Shown: positions 51,628-63,990, numbered from the stretch's first letter. The stretch: 64,000 nt of DNA from Haliotis rubra (GCF_003918875.1 NW_025767056.1:62001-126000), one strand, 5' to 3'. The notes: generated from the sequence alone by a model not told the origin. Made by a program: numbers and translations.

Positions 51628-52335
51628 ACGAAGTAGTTAGGGGATGGTGTGGTTGACTGGTTCGGCCTGACGAACTTGTTCGATGATAAGGTTCAAATTG
51701 GTCTGCCAAACTAGTTCAGCGAAGGTTTGGCAACTTGGTTCAGTCTGATGAACTCATCCGGGGATGGTTTGGGGAACTGGTTCGGCTTGACGAACTAGTT
51801 CGATGATGGTGTAGTGAACTGGTTTGATCCTGACGAACTAGTTTGACGAAGAGAGCCATTCCGTGCTGAAGAATTGTCGTGGCAAACCAGTTCAGCGATT
51901 ATACTCAGATAAGTTAGGCGAGCCATTGCAGGAAACAGGACGATCTGACGAACGGTTCAACGAGATGAATGAGTTTGGCTGGTACGCAGCAGTTCAGCTT
52001 GATCTGACGAACTATCGTGATGAGAACGATCAGACGTTTGACGAATGAGAGGCTATGAGAGGATCGATTTGGCGATCTAGACTGTCCAGATGCTCCCTGG
52101 CAAGCAGCAACTGTCAACTGTGTCCTACTCGTAAAGGGGGTAACGGGCAAGCTACACATGCCCAGGTTCCTAATCTCCCGACGGCTGGGATGAAGGAGGA
52201 GATCGGGAGGAAGATAAAGTCATCCGAAGGTCCTGAGGGGCTTCAGCAGTCACAGGGATGGACGTTTGTTCAATCTCTACCCTAGAAGCTCTCGTCTTAA
52301 TGGGAGGCGAGTGAGTACCCAACAATTTCCCCAAA

Positions 52336-53221
52336 TAGACTAGTCTAATTTCTCAGAAATGTGAATGCATGAGGCATTTTTGAGTAAACGCAAGCAAACA
52401 TTTTCTAGGGTAGTTTTTCGTGCTGAATACGAATCTGTTGTTTGCCTAATTAGGTCACAAATTGGAGTCAAAGGTCAATGAATGCAAAATTCTTTTTTTT
52501 TAGAAGTGTTTTATGTATCATTCTCAATCCATACAATGAACTCATTTTACAATATGTTGATTAATAATGTTACCACAGGATTTCAAAATGTTGGATTTCA
52601 TGGAAGTGCTGAAGGAAAAATTCGTATTAAGGCAAATATCTCCCTTACGGAACGACTTTTTGTTTCTGCGTGAAGAGCTACTTTTTACAAGCATTTTTGC
52701 TCAAAAATGCAAAGCAAGGCTAAATCTTTTCCTTTTGTTGACAGAATTATATTCCAGGCAAACTGTTTAGATCACAAAATTTGCATTTAAAGCGCATAAT
52801 TACTTCAAAGGTTAATGAGTGTGACAGGATGGGATAGGCGTTTTTACATGTATGCCACACGAATGCTTTTATACTGCCTCACCTGCATGGCAAATGAAAC
52901 TGCTTTCATTCATGCAGTGAGTTTGATTAATGATTTTAGCAACATAATTACCCACAGAACAGTTCAGGAAATCACAGGAACAGGTGGGAAGCCTATCCAA
53001 TAATGTGTCAAATACGTAGTATGAAGAAAACTGGAAAATAAATGCATACAAGCCATGTGCTATGACTGAAGGATCGAGCTTGTACTAAACTTGAGCTTAG
53101 CAGACAACAGATTCGTATTCAGCACGAAAAACTACCCTAGAAAATGTTGTTTGCTTGTTTTTACTCAAAAATGCCTCATGCATCCTTAAAATCCACATTT
53201 CTTAGAAATTTGACTAGACTA
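52336..53221. mobile_element. Non-autonomous Academ-type element with ~110-bp TIRs
   Basis: TAGACTAGTCTAATTTCTCAGAAATGTG...GCTGAATACGAATCTGTTG at the left end, with the inverted copy ending ...GACTAGACTA. AAA on both flanks (3-bp TSD). Confidence 0.8.
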
Positions 53222-53979
53222 AAATACTCCGAGAGTCCGACAAAGCGCCCACAAAATCCTCCCCTCCCTAGGGAGGAGATTTCGACCACTTTGCAACCAA
53301 AGTAGGACGATGTAGGCGAGGTTTCTTAGCCAAAGGACCCATTTCTGACGAGAATGAGAATGATGTGAGAGCAGAGGTCACGTGGGTTGCTGGGGAGCAT
53401 GCTGCATGCTTCGTATGGAATGTGGTAAGTGATGCATAGCGAGAGTAGCATGGAATGAATACACGGGCGATGGGAAAGGCGATGGGAAAGAGAGGCAAAG
53501 GGAAAAGTTTATAGTCGTTCCACTATGGGTCGAGGCAAGAGAGAGAGATGCAAACCCTGAGATAAAATAAGTTTTAAAATTTGATGTCATATCACTATTT
53601 CATAATGTATTCTTTAATTTTCAAAATTAAAAATGTTTCTTTTAGATTAGGTTAGATTAGGAAATCAAACACGTAAAACACGTTGTAAATGTCAAGTTGA
53701 ATGAATCCTAAATATTAACACGTTAGGATCTTTTTAGATTAAATCTAAAAGTAAAAAATATAATAACATGCATTTCAAATGTATCAATTGTTTCAAAAAG
53801 ATAAACAAGCTCCTTTAACATGCCTCAAAGGTCTTGTACATATAACCAAGTCAAACTTCATTAAAAGGTTACCGTACCATATTATCTGCATGATATCTGA
53901 TGGCTATGGTCGGAAACAGTCTCAGAATAGATAACACTTCATTTAGGAGATAAACATCATGTGTTGGCCGATTTCTGGG

Positions 53980-54535
53980 TGTTATTCAGTATTTTAAGCA
54001 CAGGAATTCATTAAGAACCGACGGCGTTAGCCGGAGGTTTCAAATGAAATATTCCCGTGCTTCAACATTGAAGCACAAAAGTAAACCATGGGTTTTACTG
54101 TCTGCACTCATTGACATTGAGTACGGGTACAGCAGTGAAGTGTCATGAGCTGGCCGCTCAGCTGGTTCCCATAATAGCATCTGGAACTGCTCATTTGTGA
54201 CGTCATTCCGACTTTACGTCACAATATGATTTGAATGACGTCACCTCTGCTGACGACGCAACAATACAATTGCGATCGTATTGACACGCGGTATTTGTAC
54301 GTGTCAATACGCAGTGAATAGTCTTGCAATTTCCTGGAATCGAATAGCATTCGATCATGTTTTTCAACCAAACAGATTAAAGAACACGGTGACTTTTGGT
54401 TTACATTGTTATTTGAGTGCAGTATCATACCATAGATGGTAGCAATGGCAGAAATCTTTGATGAATGAGTTATCTTGTCACCTTCAATATCAAAACAATA
54501 AAGCATATTTTTTGTAATGTTAATTTTCATTTAAT
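53980..54535. mobile_element. Probable non-autonomous Crypton-like element with an imperfect terminal palindrome
   Basis: AAGCACAGGAATTCATT...AACC..CGGC..AGCCG..GGTT...AATGAA...TTCCCGTGCTT hairpin near 53996-54062. No coding remnant. Confidence 0.4.
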
Positions 54536-54559
54536 AAAAAAAAAAAGGAAATAGAATTA

Positions 54560-55132
54560 CTGGAATTTTTTTTAGTAATATGACTTGCAAAAGGATTAAG
54601 TGGTATTTTATAAATGGTAGTTTAGATTATCAACTGAGATTGTTGGTGGCTGTATCCTCAAAGGGGGTTAAAGTATCGTAAAATTATTGTCCTCCTGAGA
54701 GGGTTGGTAAGTCCCCAAACTTTTAAAGTACATTTAAACTTACCAATCTTTTAAAACGTAGTATTTTTGTTATTTTAATTTTGGCTAATTTTTTCTACAA
54801 TCGCCAGCTGCTGTCGGGATGATATGAATCCAGCTAGGGTCCATGAAGGTAGCAAAAGTACCTTAAGTCCCCATGGTCCCTAGTATGGTGACCTACCTTC
54901 AGTTGTTGGCGATCTATAGCCCGTTTTTATCTTGTATCGACCTAATAGTGCTATTAGTTTTAACTTTCCACTCTAGTTTTAGTTGTAATTGTGATATTCT
55001 AGTTGTGTTGCTGTCCTTCGTCGACAGGTTTTTATAATATACATATATTACATTTCACTGTCAAATATGTTCCCGTCACGATATGGCTGAAATATTGCCG
55101 ATGTGGCGTCAAATATTAACTCACTCACTCAC
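54560..55132 (+). mobile_element. I-clade LINE 3' UTR fragment
   Basis: Colinear with 40600-41207; ends in the CACT tail. Confidence 0.88.
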
Positions 55133-56494
55133 TGAAGCAGATAGGAAAGTAGACTTTGCAAACACGCTCGTTCAAATTGCATAGGGTCCTGTTGTGACTG
55201 CGCTGTTGCTGCTGAGATATGCCAACACTAACGAATTACCTTTCTTTCTTGTCAGCAGAAGATGTTGAAGCCTTCCAAAACAATTTTCTCCTGGATAACT
55301 TTTGGGCTGGATTTTTTACAGGAAGTGGACTGATCACTAATTCTTAGATTCTCTACAGAAGAAATCAGTTCACACGCAACGCTGAACCGTTTAGGTGTGC
55401 TTACCTGTGTTGTTCCAATTTGGGCCGTTGTAGTTGCTTTAGTCACGATTTGGCCTTGCTTATGGCAGCCGCTTGGAAGACAGCACAGCTTTCAATCTTA
55501 TTATGGCACGAACGGCAAAGTAATTGAATGTCTGAGTCAATGATCTATCCAAATGAACTAACTACACTTGTCCCCAAATTCTAGATCCTGTGTTGGGACA
55601 GCCAGGTGTTCGAGAAAGGATGGAGACGGCACAGCACAGGTTAATGAATCAATAACTTTGTCGGTACTTGTGCACGTGTTTCGCTAACACCTGGCTGTCC
55701 CTTTCTCTGTACTCCTCCCTCGTAACAAATAGTGAACTGTGTCAATATTTTAATGATAGTTTGTTAAACAACTTTTTTGATTTTAGGACATAAATTCTGC
55801 AAACAAATCACAGAGTTGGTCTGATGTTTTGATTATGATCAGCGTTTCATTGAGTATTATATGTTTATTAGTTTTCGAGTTAGATTGCAATTCATCGGTC
55901 CGCTTTTGAGCCAAACGCACTATAGGCACAAATCTTGTTAGGAAATAACAGAGACTTTTGACATGGGCCAAAGTTCATCTACAGACGACGGATGTCTCCG
56001 CCAATGAGCTACTACCTAACATGTCTAGAACCACACACGTGGCCTACCCAATATATCTAGCACTACGATGAACAATAACCCTCGTCAAAAAGTAGTCCCT
56101 TAATTAGAGCAAATCAAACAAGGTGCTACTAGACTGACTATCCGATAAACAATTAATCTATCAATGGTAATTACTATCTAAATATCCCTATATGAACCCC
56201 CTGCCCCCTACTTACACTACTATTTACTATTATTCCTGCATTTGGAAATTCAGAGTTATCTTTCCTTGGAAATAGTCCTAGACTCTTTTCATCTCCGTCC
56301 CCGTTTGCGCTTAGACGAGGCCCAGTCGTAAACATTGCCACGAGAGGGGTACGAGACGCCATTTGGCTTGCCGGAATGACACGAGTAGTTACGGATGGAT
56401 AATTTAGTCTGGAAATTACTTAAATCATTTCCCCAAAACACATCTTATTTACAAGGGGCTTCTGCTGAACAAAATAACTTGGCTCAGTATAACA

Positions 56495-56598
56495 GTGAGT
56501 GAGTGGGTTTAGTTTTACAAGAGGTTCAACCGCTGAGATTATAATCCACATTCGGCTTGACGAGCAAACGCTTTAACCACTAAGCTACCCCACCGCCC
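56495..56598 (-). mobile_element. SINE family A, internally deleted
   Basis: Head ACGCTTTAACCACTAAGCTACCCCACCGCCCC and tail GTGAGTGAGTGGGTTTAGTTTTAC. Confidence 0.7.
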
Positions 56599-56644
56599 CT
56601 TTTTAAGATGGCAACACTAAACGAACCCTGTTATAGCTTTTATA

Positions 56645-56888
56645 ACCCGTGAAGATCCGGGTTAGACTTGATCTTAAACAACCCATGCTTGTCGTTAAAG
56701 GCGACTAACGGGATCGGGTGGTCAGGTCTGCTGACTTGGTTGACACATGTCTTCTTGTCTCAATTGCGTAGATAGATGCCCATGCTGTTGATCACTGGTT
56801 TGTCTAGTCCAGACTCGATTTTTTACAGACCGCCGCCATATAGCTGGAATATTGCTGAGTGCGGCGTTAAACAACAACCCAACCAACC
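56645..56888 (+). mobile_element. Short retroposon family B (non-tRNA structured head, shared LINE-type tail)
   Basis: ACCCGTGAAGATCCGGGTTAG...GGCGACTAACGGGATCGGGTGG...CCGCCGCCATATAGCTGGAATATTGCTGAGTGCGGCGTTAAAC. Confidence 0.85.
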
Positions 56889-57035
56889 GTACTGGAACCA
56901 TCCCGACTTACGGATATAAGTGGAAACAGCATAATTTCAGGAAATATTTGTTCTCGCACTTCCATGCCGTGATAAACCTTGCTGAACATGTTGTCTCTGA
57001 CCCTTAATTTCAGTGTAAAAAAAGACCTTTATGAG

Positions 57036-57303
57036 TGAGTGAGTGACTTTAGTTTTACGCCGCACTCAGCAATATTCCAGCTATATGGCGGCGGTCTGTA
57101 AATAATCGAGTCTGGACCAGACAATCCAGTGATCAACAACATGAGTATCGATCTGCGCAATTGGGAACCGATGACATGTGTCAACAAAGCCAGCGAGCCT
57201 GACCACCCGATCCCGTTAGTCGCCTCTTACGACAAGCATAGTCGCCTTAATGTGGCAAGCATGGTTTGCTGAAGACCTATTCTGACCCGGATCTTCACGG
57301 GTC
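57036..57303 (-). mobile_element. Short retroposon family B, full length
   Basis: TSD ACCTTTATGAG at 57025-57035 and 57304-57314 fixes the 5' end at GACCCGTGAAG. Confidence 0.9.
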
Positions 57304-57829
57304 ACCTTTATGAGCAGAAGAAACCTGATGCACTCATATTTTGCGTAGTGTAAGTTCCCTAGTAAGGCATCTACCACTCGTTGTTGGTTCTTGTAGCCTG
57401 TTTGTATATTGTATAGTCTTCAATAAGTTTAGATTAACATACTAGGTTTACATCAATATCTGATTTACTGGTTTTATCAATGTATTTTTCAACAGGTTTT
57501 TATAATATCGATTGTCATGAATGTATAACTTCTTTTAGTCACTATAAGGCTGAAATACTGAAATTACAGGAAATATTTTTATCTCATGAAGCGATATCCC
57601 TTGCTGTACATTTTCCGCCTTTGCCCTTTCAATGTAAAGAACGAGGAGTTGAAACCTGATGCACTCGATTTACGTCCTGGTTTCTATATAAGACAAGTAA
57701 GCAAAGAGTATATACCTCTCAGGCTTCAGTGTCAATATGATGTCTAACAGTCCCTGAACCACACTATTTCCCCTACTGCCGAACCCTCCCTGCAATGTTA
57801 CAGCTCTAAATGAAGCAAGTCTAGATCTT

Positions 57830-57996
57830 AGGCGGATCCAGAGGAGGGGTGCAGGGGGGATGACACATTGAACACACATTGGTCGTCCCACTACCCCCCC
57901 CCCCCCACTTTTATGCTGAAAGTTTAATGACCATTGAAACTCGGGTGAAAATGAACTGTGCACCCCGCTTTTCTCAAAAAGCTGTATCCGCCCCTG
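57830..57996. mobile_element. Small GC-rich MITE (GGCGGATCCAG / CTGTATCCGCCCCTG termini)
   Basis: Terminal inverted repeat with partially matching flanks TAGATCTT / TAGATGTC. Confidence 0.6.
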
Positions 57997-58334
57997 TAGA
58001 TGTCCCCCGGTTCAGGAATTTTACATCTCACTGGGGCTCCTCTTCAGTTTCATTGGGATTTTTTAACCAGCAATATTAATTATATTCAGACACTAAGTGT
58101 TAGTCCACCTGTGGCCATGCTGCGATCAATACATACGCACCCTAGAATGGGTACCGAGCTCAGCAAATAGACTTGGCCTCGTCTCAATAAATACCGGATA
58201 CTATGTCAATACAAGATCGAGCTGTTGATTTTGCACATCCCTGTATTCAATATGTTTGCTCGTGTGGGGTCCTTTCATGAATCGTCGTTATGTATAAAAT
58301 CTTGAAAACAGTTTTTGGAGTGAACAAACATTCG

Positions 58335-58525
58335 ACATAAATGTATACCATTTGGTGAGTGAGTGAATATGGTTTTACGCCGCTTTTAAATAGCAATATT
58401 GCAGCAATATCACGGCGGGGCACACCACAAATGGGCTTCACACATTGTACCCATGTGGGAGTCGAACCTGTATCTTCGGGGAGACAAACCAACGCTTCAA
58501 CAAGTAGGTTACCCCCATCGCACCA
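58335..58525 (-). mobile_element. SINE family A (diverged)
   Basis: Aligns with the family A consensus. Confidence 0.8.
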
Positions 58526-58641
58526 CCATAGCGTCGAAGTTAGGGTTGTCTCGAAGTAAAAGATTGATCCCTGCGGCGCATTCCGTCTTTAATCATGATT
58601 TTTCACTGGTGTCTCATCTCGGATAACTCGAAGTATTTACG

Positions 58642-58803
58642 GGGCCGGTGGGGTAACCTAGTGATTAAAGCGTTGGCTCGTCACCCCGAAGACCCGGGTT
58701 CGATTCCCCACATGGGCACAATGTGTGAAGCCTATTTCTGTTGTCCCCCGCCGTGATATTGCTGGAATATTGCTAAAAGCGGCGTAAAACTAAACTCAGT
58801 CAG
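58642..58803 (+). mobile_element. SINE family A, full length
   Basis: TSD TCGAAGTATTTACG at 58628-58641 and 58804-58817. Confidence 0.92.
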
Positions 58804-58911
58804 TCGAAGTATTTACGTATGTCCGATCTGCTTCGACACAAGGGTGTATGACAGTAACTTCATTTATCATATGATAGGTAGGTTACTCGGCAGGATTGAG
58901 CCAATTGTATC

Positions 58912-59011
58912 GGGGCGGTGGGGTAGCCTAGTGGTTAAAGCGTTGGCTTGTCAGGCCGAACATCCGGGTTCGATTCCCCACATGGGCACATTGTGTGAAG
59001 CCCATTTCTGG
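58912..59011 (+). mobile_element. SINE family A, 5' portion only
   Basis: A/B boxes present; truncated after CCCATTTCTGG. Confidence 0.85.
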
Positions 59012-59239
59012 TTCGATTCTCCGGTAGGTTAGTGCAAATGAATAACAAATGGTATCCTTTTATGTCATTTACTGACGTCACTATTTCCTGCCGAGCCGGT
59101 AGTGGTAATCGATGCTCTGGGTGAGTGAGTTAAGATTTATAGTCACATCGGCAATATTTCAGCCATATCGTGACTAAAACTAGTCGATGCTCTGGACAAA
59201 TTAAAAGAATATTTGTTCATTATTAAAATAACATGTAAA

Positions 59240-59434
59240 CCGTTTGCTTGTTGTTCAGCTATATGGTGGAGGTCTATAAATAGTCGAGTGTGGACCAGAC
59301 ATTCCAGCGATCAATCTACCAAACGTGGATACAATGACATGTGTCAACCACGTCAGGGAACATGACTACCCGAGCCCGTTAGTCGCCTATTACGACAAGC
59401 ATGCGTTACTCAAGACACATGATTTTCATGGGTA
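59240..59434 (-). mobile_element. Retroposon family B (degenerate)
   Basis: Contains CCCGTTAGTCGCCTATTACGACAAGCATG. Confidence 0.75.
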
Positions 59435-60107
59435 CAGTTAATACTTCGCAACAGTACGATAAATTTTGTCCTAGTGTTTCTTCCTATTCGACTATATTAA
59501 TGTTCATTGAGCTAGTTTTAACAAATATGTGAAAACCTAGTTATTTGACTGCACTTAGGGTGTTATACAGTAGATATTAAGTTCTGAATATATGTGAAAC
59601 TTGTAATGTACACAGTCATGCCTATTATATATCTTTTCCAGCATGTTTTCTAGATGTGTCATAGTTTCGATGATGGCGTTTAAAAACACCCACTCACTCA
59701 CTCACTCACTCACTCACTTTACAGACAGCCACTAGGGCGCGGCGAACTATAAACAAACGTTTTTTCTTTGTACACATCCTGAGTGCCTTAAACAAGCATC
59801 GCTTCGGCATATCGTCCACGAACTAGACCAATGTTAAACCAGGTTCTCACTAAACCTATTTCCCCTATTAATGTCAGGGGGGCACAGTTTTGCAAGTCAT
59901 GCGAGCGAGGTCAACATTTGGTATTTCACTCCCTATAACATTGGGTCCGTGTACACACGTACTGGATACGCTAGGGTACAGCAGTAGATTCAGATCAAGG
60001 TAAGATTCTGCTGAATTTTACCTACATCAAAACTATCCGATTTTCTGAAATATATAGAATAAGATATAACATAGTATTCATACCCTAGACTGGATCTGTG
60101 TGTCTTT

Positions 60108-60339
60108 GTTTGGTTTGGTTGTTTAACGCCGCACTCAGCAATATTTCAGCAATATTTCAGCTACATCTGTATATAATCGGAAATCGAGTGATCAACAGCA
60201 TGAACATCGATCTAAGCAGTTGGAATACGATGACGTGTGTCAACCAAGTCAGCGAACCTGACCACCCGATCCCGCTACTCGCCTCTTACGACAAGCATGG
60301 ATTACTGAAGACCACTTCTTATCCGCATCTCCACAGGTC
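60108..60339 (-). mobile_element. Retroposon family B
   Basis: Aligns with the family B head, body and tail. Confidence 0.8.
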
Positions 60340-60747
60340 TACCAGTTCAGTACACACTTTACATGATCTAAGGTAAACCCGGTCCTTGCAAAATAAACTA
60401 ATCTGTAAAAACACGGAAGGATTGGAGTATGTAATATCCTTTGTCGATTACAATAATCTGTACGGATCCGATAGACGGAGTTAATCTGCAAAAGCTGATA
60501 ATGCCCAGCTGCTGAAATAGGAAAATGAGGAATGATTGACAACGAATATATGCCTTCAAAGGCGGCGTAAAACCATACTCACTCACTCATGATATCATTA
60601 ACGATTAAGGAAGGAAACGAGTAAATGACTGCAAAGGCATAACCTCACATTTTAAGTATTTACGACCACAACTCGGCTGACTTCAGAAAATCAAAGATAT
60701 CTGTTTTTGTCCGTTTCCATTCCATCCAAAACATAAGCCAGGGTGGA

Positions 60748-60970
60748 GACCCGCGAAGAACCGGGTTAAAATTGGCCTTCAGCAATCCATGCTTGTTGTA
60801 AGAGGCGACGAACGGGATCGGATGGTCAGGCTAGCTGATTTAGTTGTCATCGTACCCCAATTGCGTTGAGAGATGCTCATGATGTTGATCACTGGGTTGT
60901 CTGGTCCAGACTACTGCCATATAGCAGGAATATTGCTCAGTGCGGCGTTAAACAACAAACAAACAAACCC
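60748..60970 (+). mobile_element. Retroposon family B
   Basis: GACCCGCGAAGAACCGGGTT... through to a (CAAA)n tail. Confidence 0.82.
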
Positions 60971-61025
60971 ACAGTGAAGCTATCTTCGCAAACGTATATC
61001 TGTGAAAATATTATGTTCTTTCAGA

Positions 61026-62497
61026 ATGTGGACGAGAATGAGTCTTACGTTCCTGACTGCGCTGGCGGGGCTGCACATTACCAATACACAGATAGTGTCA
61101 ACTCAAAATGGACAGCTTCTTGGACAACGACTATCAGTGTTGGGCAAGTCCCTTGACGTATTCTATGGAATCCCATATGCCAAGCCTCCGGTAGGCGATC
61201 TTCGCTTTAAGCATCCTCAGCCTTCAGAGTCTTGGGGACCGGAAGTTAGAGATGCGCAAAAACCGACGCCATCTTGCATTCAAACTAAGGATACGTTTGA
61301 ATCTTCGGAGGCTTACAGACAGACCCCTGATGATTACAGTGAAGATTGTCTTCATCTGACAGTGTGGACGCCATCAGCCAATCGTGGCAATCTGGCGGTG
61401 ATGGTCTGGATCTATGGTGGGGGGTGGCATTTCGGATCAACACGGGTACCACTGTATGACGGCAAATACCTTGCAGCAGAGAATAACGTCATCATTGTTT
61501 CCATGAATTACAGATTAGGTCCTTTAGGGTTCAGCTACCTGGGGCCAGATACCATCCCTGGCAACATGGCCTTGATGGATCAAAGACTGGCCTTACAATG
61601 GGTGAAGGACAATATTGTCAGCTTTGGTGGAGATCCAGCCCGGGTGACCATATTTGGAGAAAGTGCCGGAAGTGCCAGCGTAGGTCACCATTTGATTTCA
61701 CCTCTGTCAAGTGATTTGTTTGACAGAGCTATCATGCAAAGTGGAACTCAGGTTGCTAACTGGGCTTACACCTTCCCTAAAACAGCAAAACGGAAGATGA
61801 AGAGGTTTGCTGTTCTCCTTGGATGTTCATCTTCAACTGATGCAGATATATATGACTGCTTGAAGACAGCAGATGCACAAACTATGGCAGACCTTCAGTT
61901 TGGTTTGTTTGATGAAGGGCTTGCTTTTAAAGCAGTCGTGGATGGGTACTTCCTCCCCGATGACCCCAAAACTCTTGTGTCTCGCGGTTCTATCAAGCAG
62001 ACCAGTGTATTACATGGTTTTACTAAAGACGAGGCAACACTGTTTATGTCAGTGATATTGAGGCAGGTGAGAAACACATCTTCATTACCGGAAACAATGA
62101 TTTTAAGTCGCCCGGAGTATGAAAATCTCTTTGAACTTGATTTTGCAACTGGAGAACCAATCGAAGAACCCCTTCGTCTGTTTTATGAAAGTCAGAAAAC
62201 ACCTCTAAAGTACACCGACTATTTTGATGTTATAAAGCGCGTGAGTTCCGATAAGGGATTGAAATGTCCTCATCTTGACTTTGACAGATTGTACTCTCCT
62301 GCTAACCCTACCTACGTGTACAGTTTTAATCACCGACTATCAATTAGTCCGAATCCACAGTGGATTGGAGCAACCCATTGGTATGAGGTTGAGTTTGTGT
62401 TTGGTTTGGTCCTTGACGAGTCCCTGGGATGTACAGAGGAGGAGATGGAACTCAGCAGGACCATGATGACGTACTGGACCAACTTTGCCAAGTCAGG
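61026..62497 (+). CDS. Type-B carboxylesterase / cholinesterase-like protein, main coding exon (secreted; 3' exon(s) outside the window or not found)
   Basis: Signal peptide, FYGIPYAKPPVGDLRF, SEDCL, WIYGGG, GESAG (catalytic Ser), TKDE (Glu), GATH (His), then YWTNFAKSG followed by a GTGAGT donor at the conserved cholinesterase intron position. TTCAG acceptor just before the ATG. No stops. Confidence 0.93.
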
Positions 62498-62689
62498 GTG
62501 AGTGCGTGAATAACTCGCAATCAATGGTAGCAATAACGTAATAGTTGAGTAGAGTTGGGCTTTACGTCACATCGTCATTTTTCCAGCCATATAGTGACGA
62601 GTTACGTAATAGACATCTATTGTGGCTACCAAATCCTATATTGTAGTCTCTCGCAGGAACTTCATCCTCGAATGTTTTGAATTTTGAAT

Positions 62690-63990
62690 TTTGAATTTTT
62701 TTCAGGACAGCTACTTTTCGCTGATGATGTTACTTTAGCTTCAGATACTAAATGTGGCCTTCAACATCAATTACATATTTCAGCATTGTATTCCGATAAG
62801 TTGGGTTTAAAAGTTAACCTTGATAAATCTAATATTGTTATATTCAGGAGGGGAGGTAGACTTAAAAGTACTGATGCATGGTACTTTACAGGTAATAACT
62901 TAAAGATAGTCAATAGCTATAAGTATATCGGTTTTCTATTCACGTGTAATGTTAGCCTGGGAAATCGTTATCCGATCTCTCCTTGCGTGGTAAAAAAGTA
63001 TTAATGGGATGAAATGGCAGCCTTAGAAACATCGGTTCGTTATCACCGGATATCTTTTTCAAAATATTTGATAGTCAAATACAATCTATCCTATTATATG
63101 CTTCAGAAATGTGGGGACATAACAATAATGAATGTATTCAGAAAATACATCTTTCGGCTTGCAAATTATACCTAAAGGTTGGACCTCAGACACCTAACGC
63201 TATTGTGTATGGTGAATGTGACCGTTTCCTTATTTTTGTAAATGCAGCTGTTCGTTGTCTTAACAACTGGATTAAAATAATAACAACGCATAAAGATCGC
63301 ATACCAAAGAAAGCTTATGAAATGTTACTTAATCTCGATAACCTTGGCTATGAGACATGGGCTTCAAAAATTCGCTAGTTGCTCCTTTCTTAAGGATTTG
63401 GATTTGTTTGGCTATAACAAACTATCGGAATCTTTAAAACGCGTTTAGTGGATGTTTTTAAACAAAACTGGAGATCCGATCTTGACAATAGCACACGTTA
63501 TGTTTTATAGAGAGAATTCAAAAGCTTATTAAACTCTGAAAAATACCTTTTTGAAATTGAAGATTATAAATTACGTAAATATTTAGTTAGATTTAGAGCA
63601 GGATTACTAAGGTTAAAATTTAATGAAGGACGATGGTGTAAAATTAACGCAAATTTGAGAACGTGTCCTATCTGTTACGGAGGTCTAGAAGACGAATACC
63701 ATTTTACTTTCATTTGTCCTAGATATGATGACTTACGTCGTAAATATTTACCAAGTGATTTGAAATAGAATATGCATAACCCAGATAGCATTCAGACGTT
63801 GACCCAACGTTGGCAATGGTTTTGCCAACATTACCATTATCATATCATATCTTTATCTTCTTTATCCATATTAACCTGTATCGTATGTTCTGATTACCTG
63901 TATACATGTATGCAGATGGGCGTGTATACATATATGCAAATTGTATTATAATGTATGAAACTGTATGTATATGGGCCCGGTGGCCTTTGT
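62690..63990 (+). mobile_element. L2/CR1-group LINE 3' fragment in the esterase intron
   Basis: LLFADD (RT), GLKVNLDKSNIVIF, YKYIG, YASEMWG, VYGECDR and CPIC...EDEYHF zinc knuckle, with stops. Confidence 0.88.

Larger units (their letters stand above)
46440..53580 (-). mobile_element. DIRS-like tyrosine-recombinase retrotransposon remnant (terminal repeat ~53225-53580, gag-like ~50000-52300, RT fragment ~46490-46900)
   Basis: RT fragment WSILDDLFVTRIVSPGYQL...PGFYSPIFLVPKKNSDKLRLIFNMKLFN..F...HFRM is DIRS-type. Upstream is a Ser/Pro/His-rich degenerate ORF. Joining these parts into one element is inferred. Confidence 0.6.

Noticed and set aside
55140-56362. Possible degenerate minus-strand transposase or gene fragments
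   Set aside because: Coding-like composition but no motif I can assign with confidence.
64-60586. Most 60-120 aa ORFs in the track
   Set aside because: They are antisense or off-frame readings of TE and SINE sequence with no recognisable domains.
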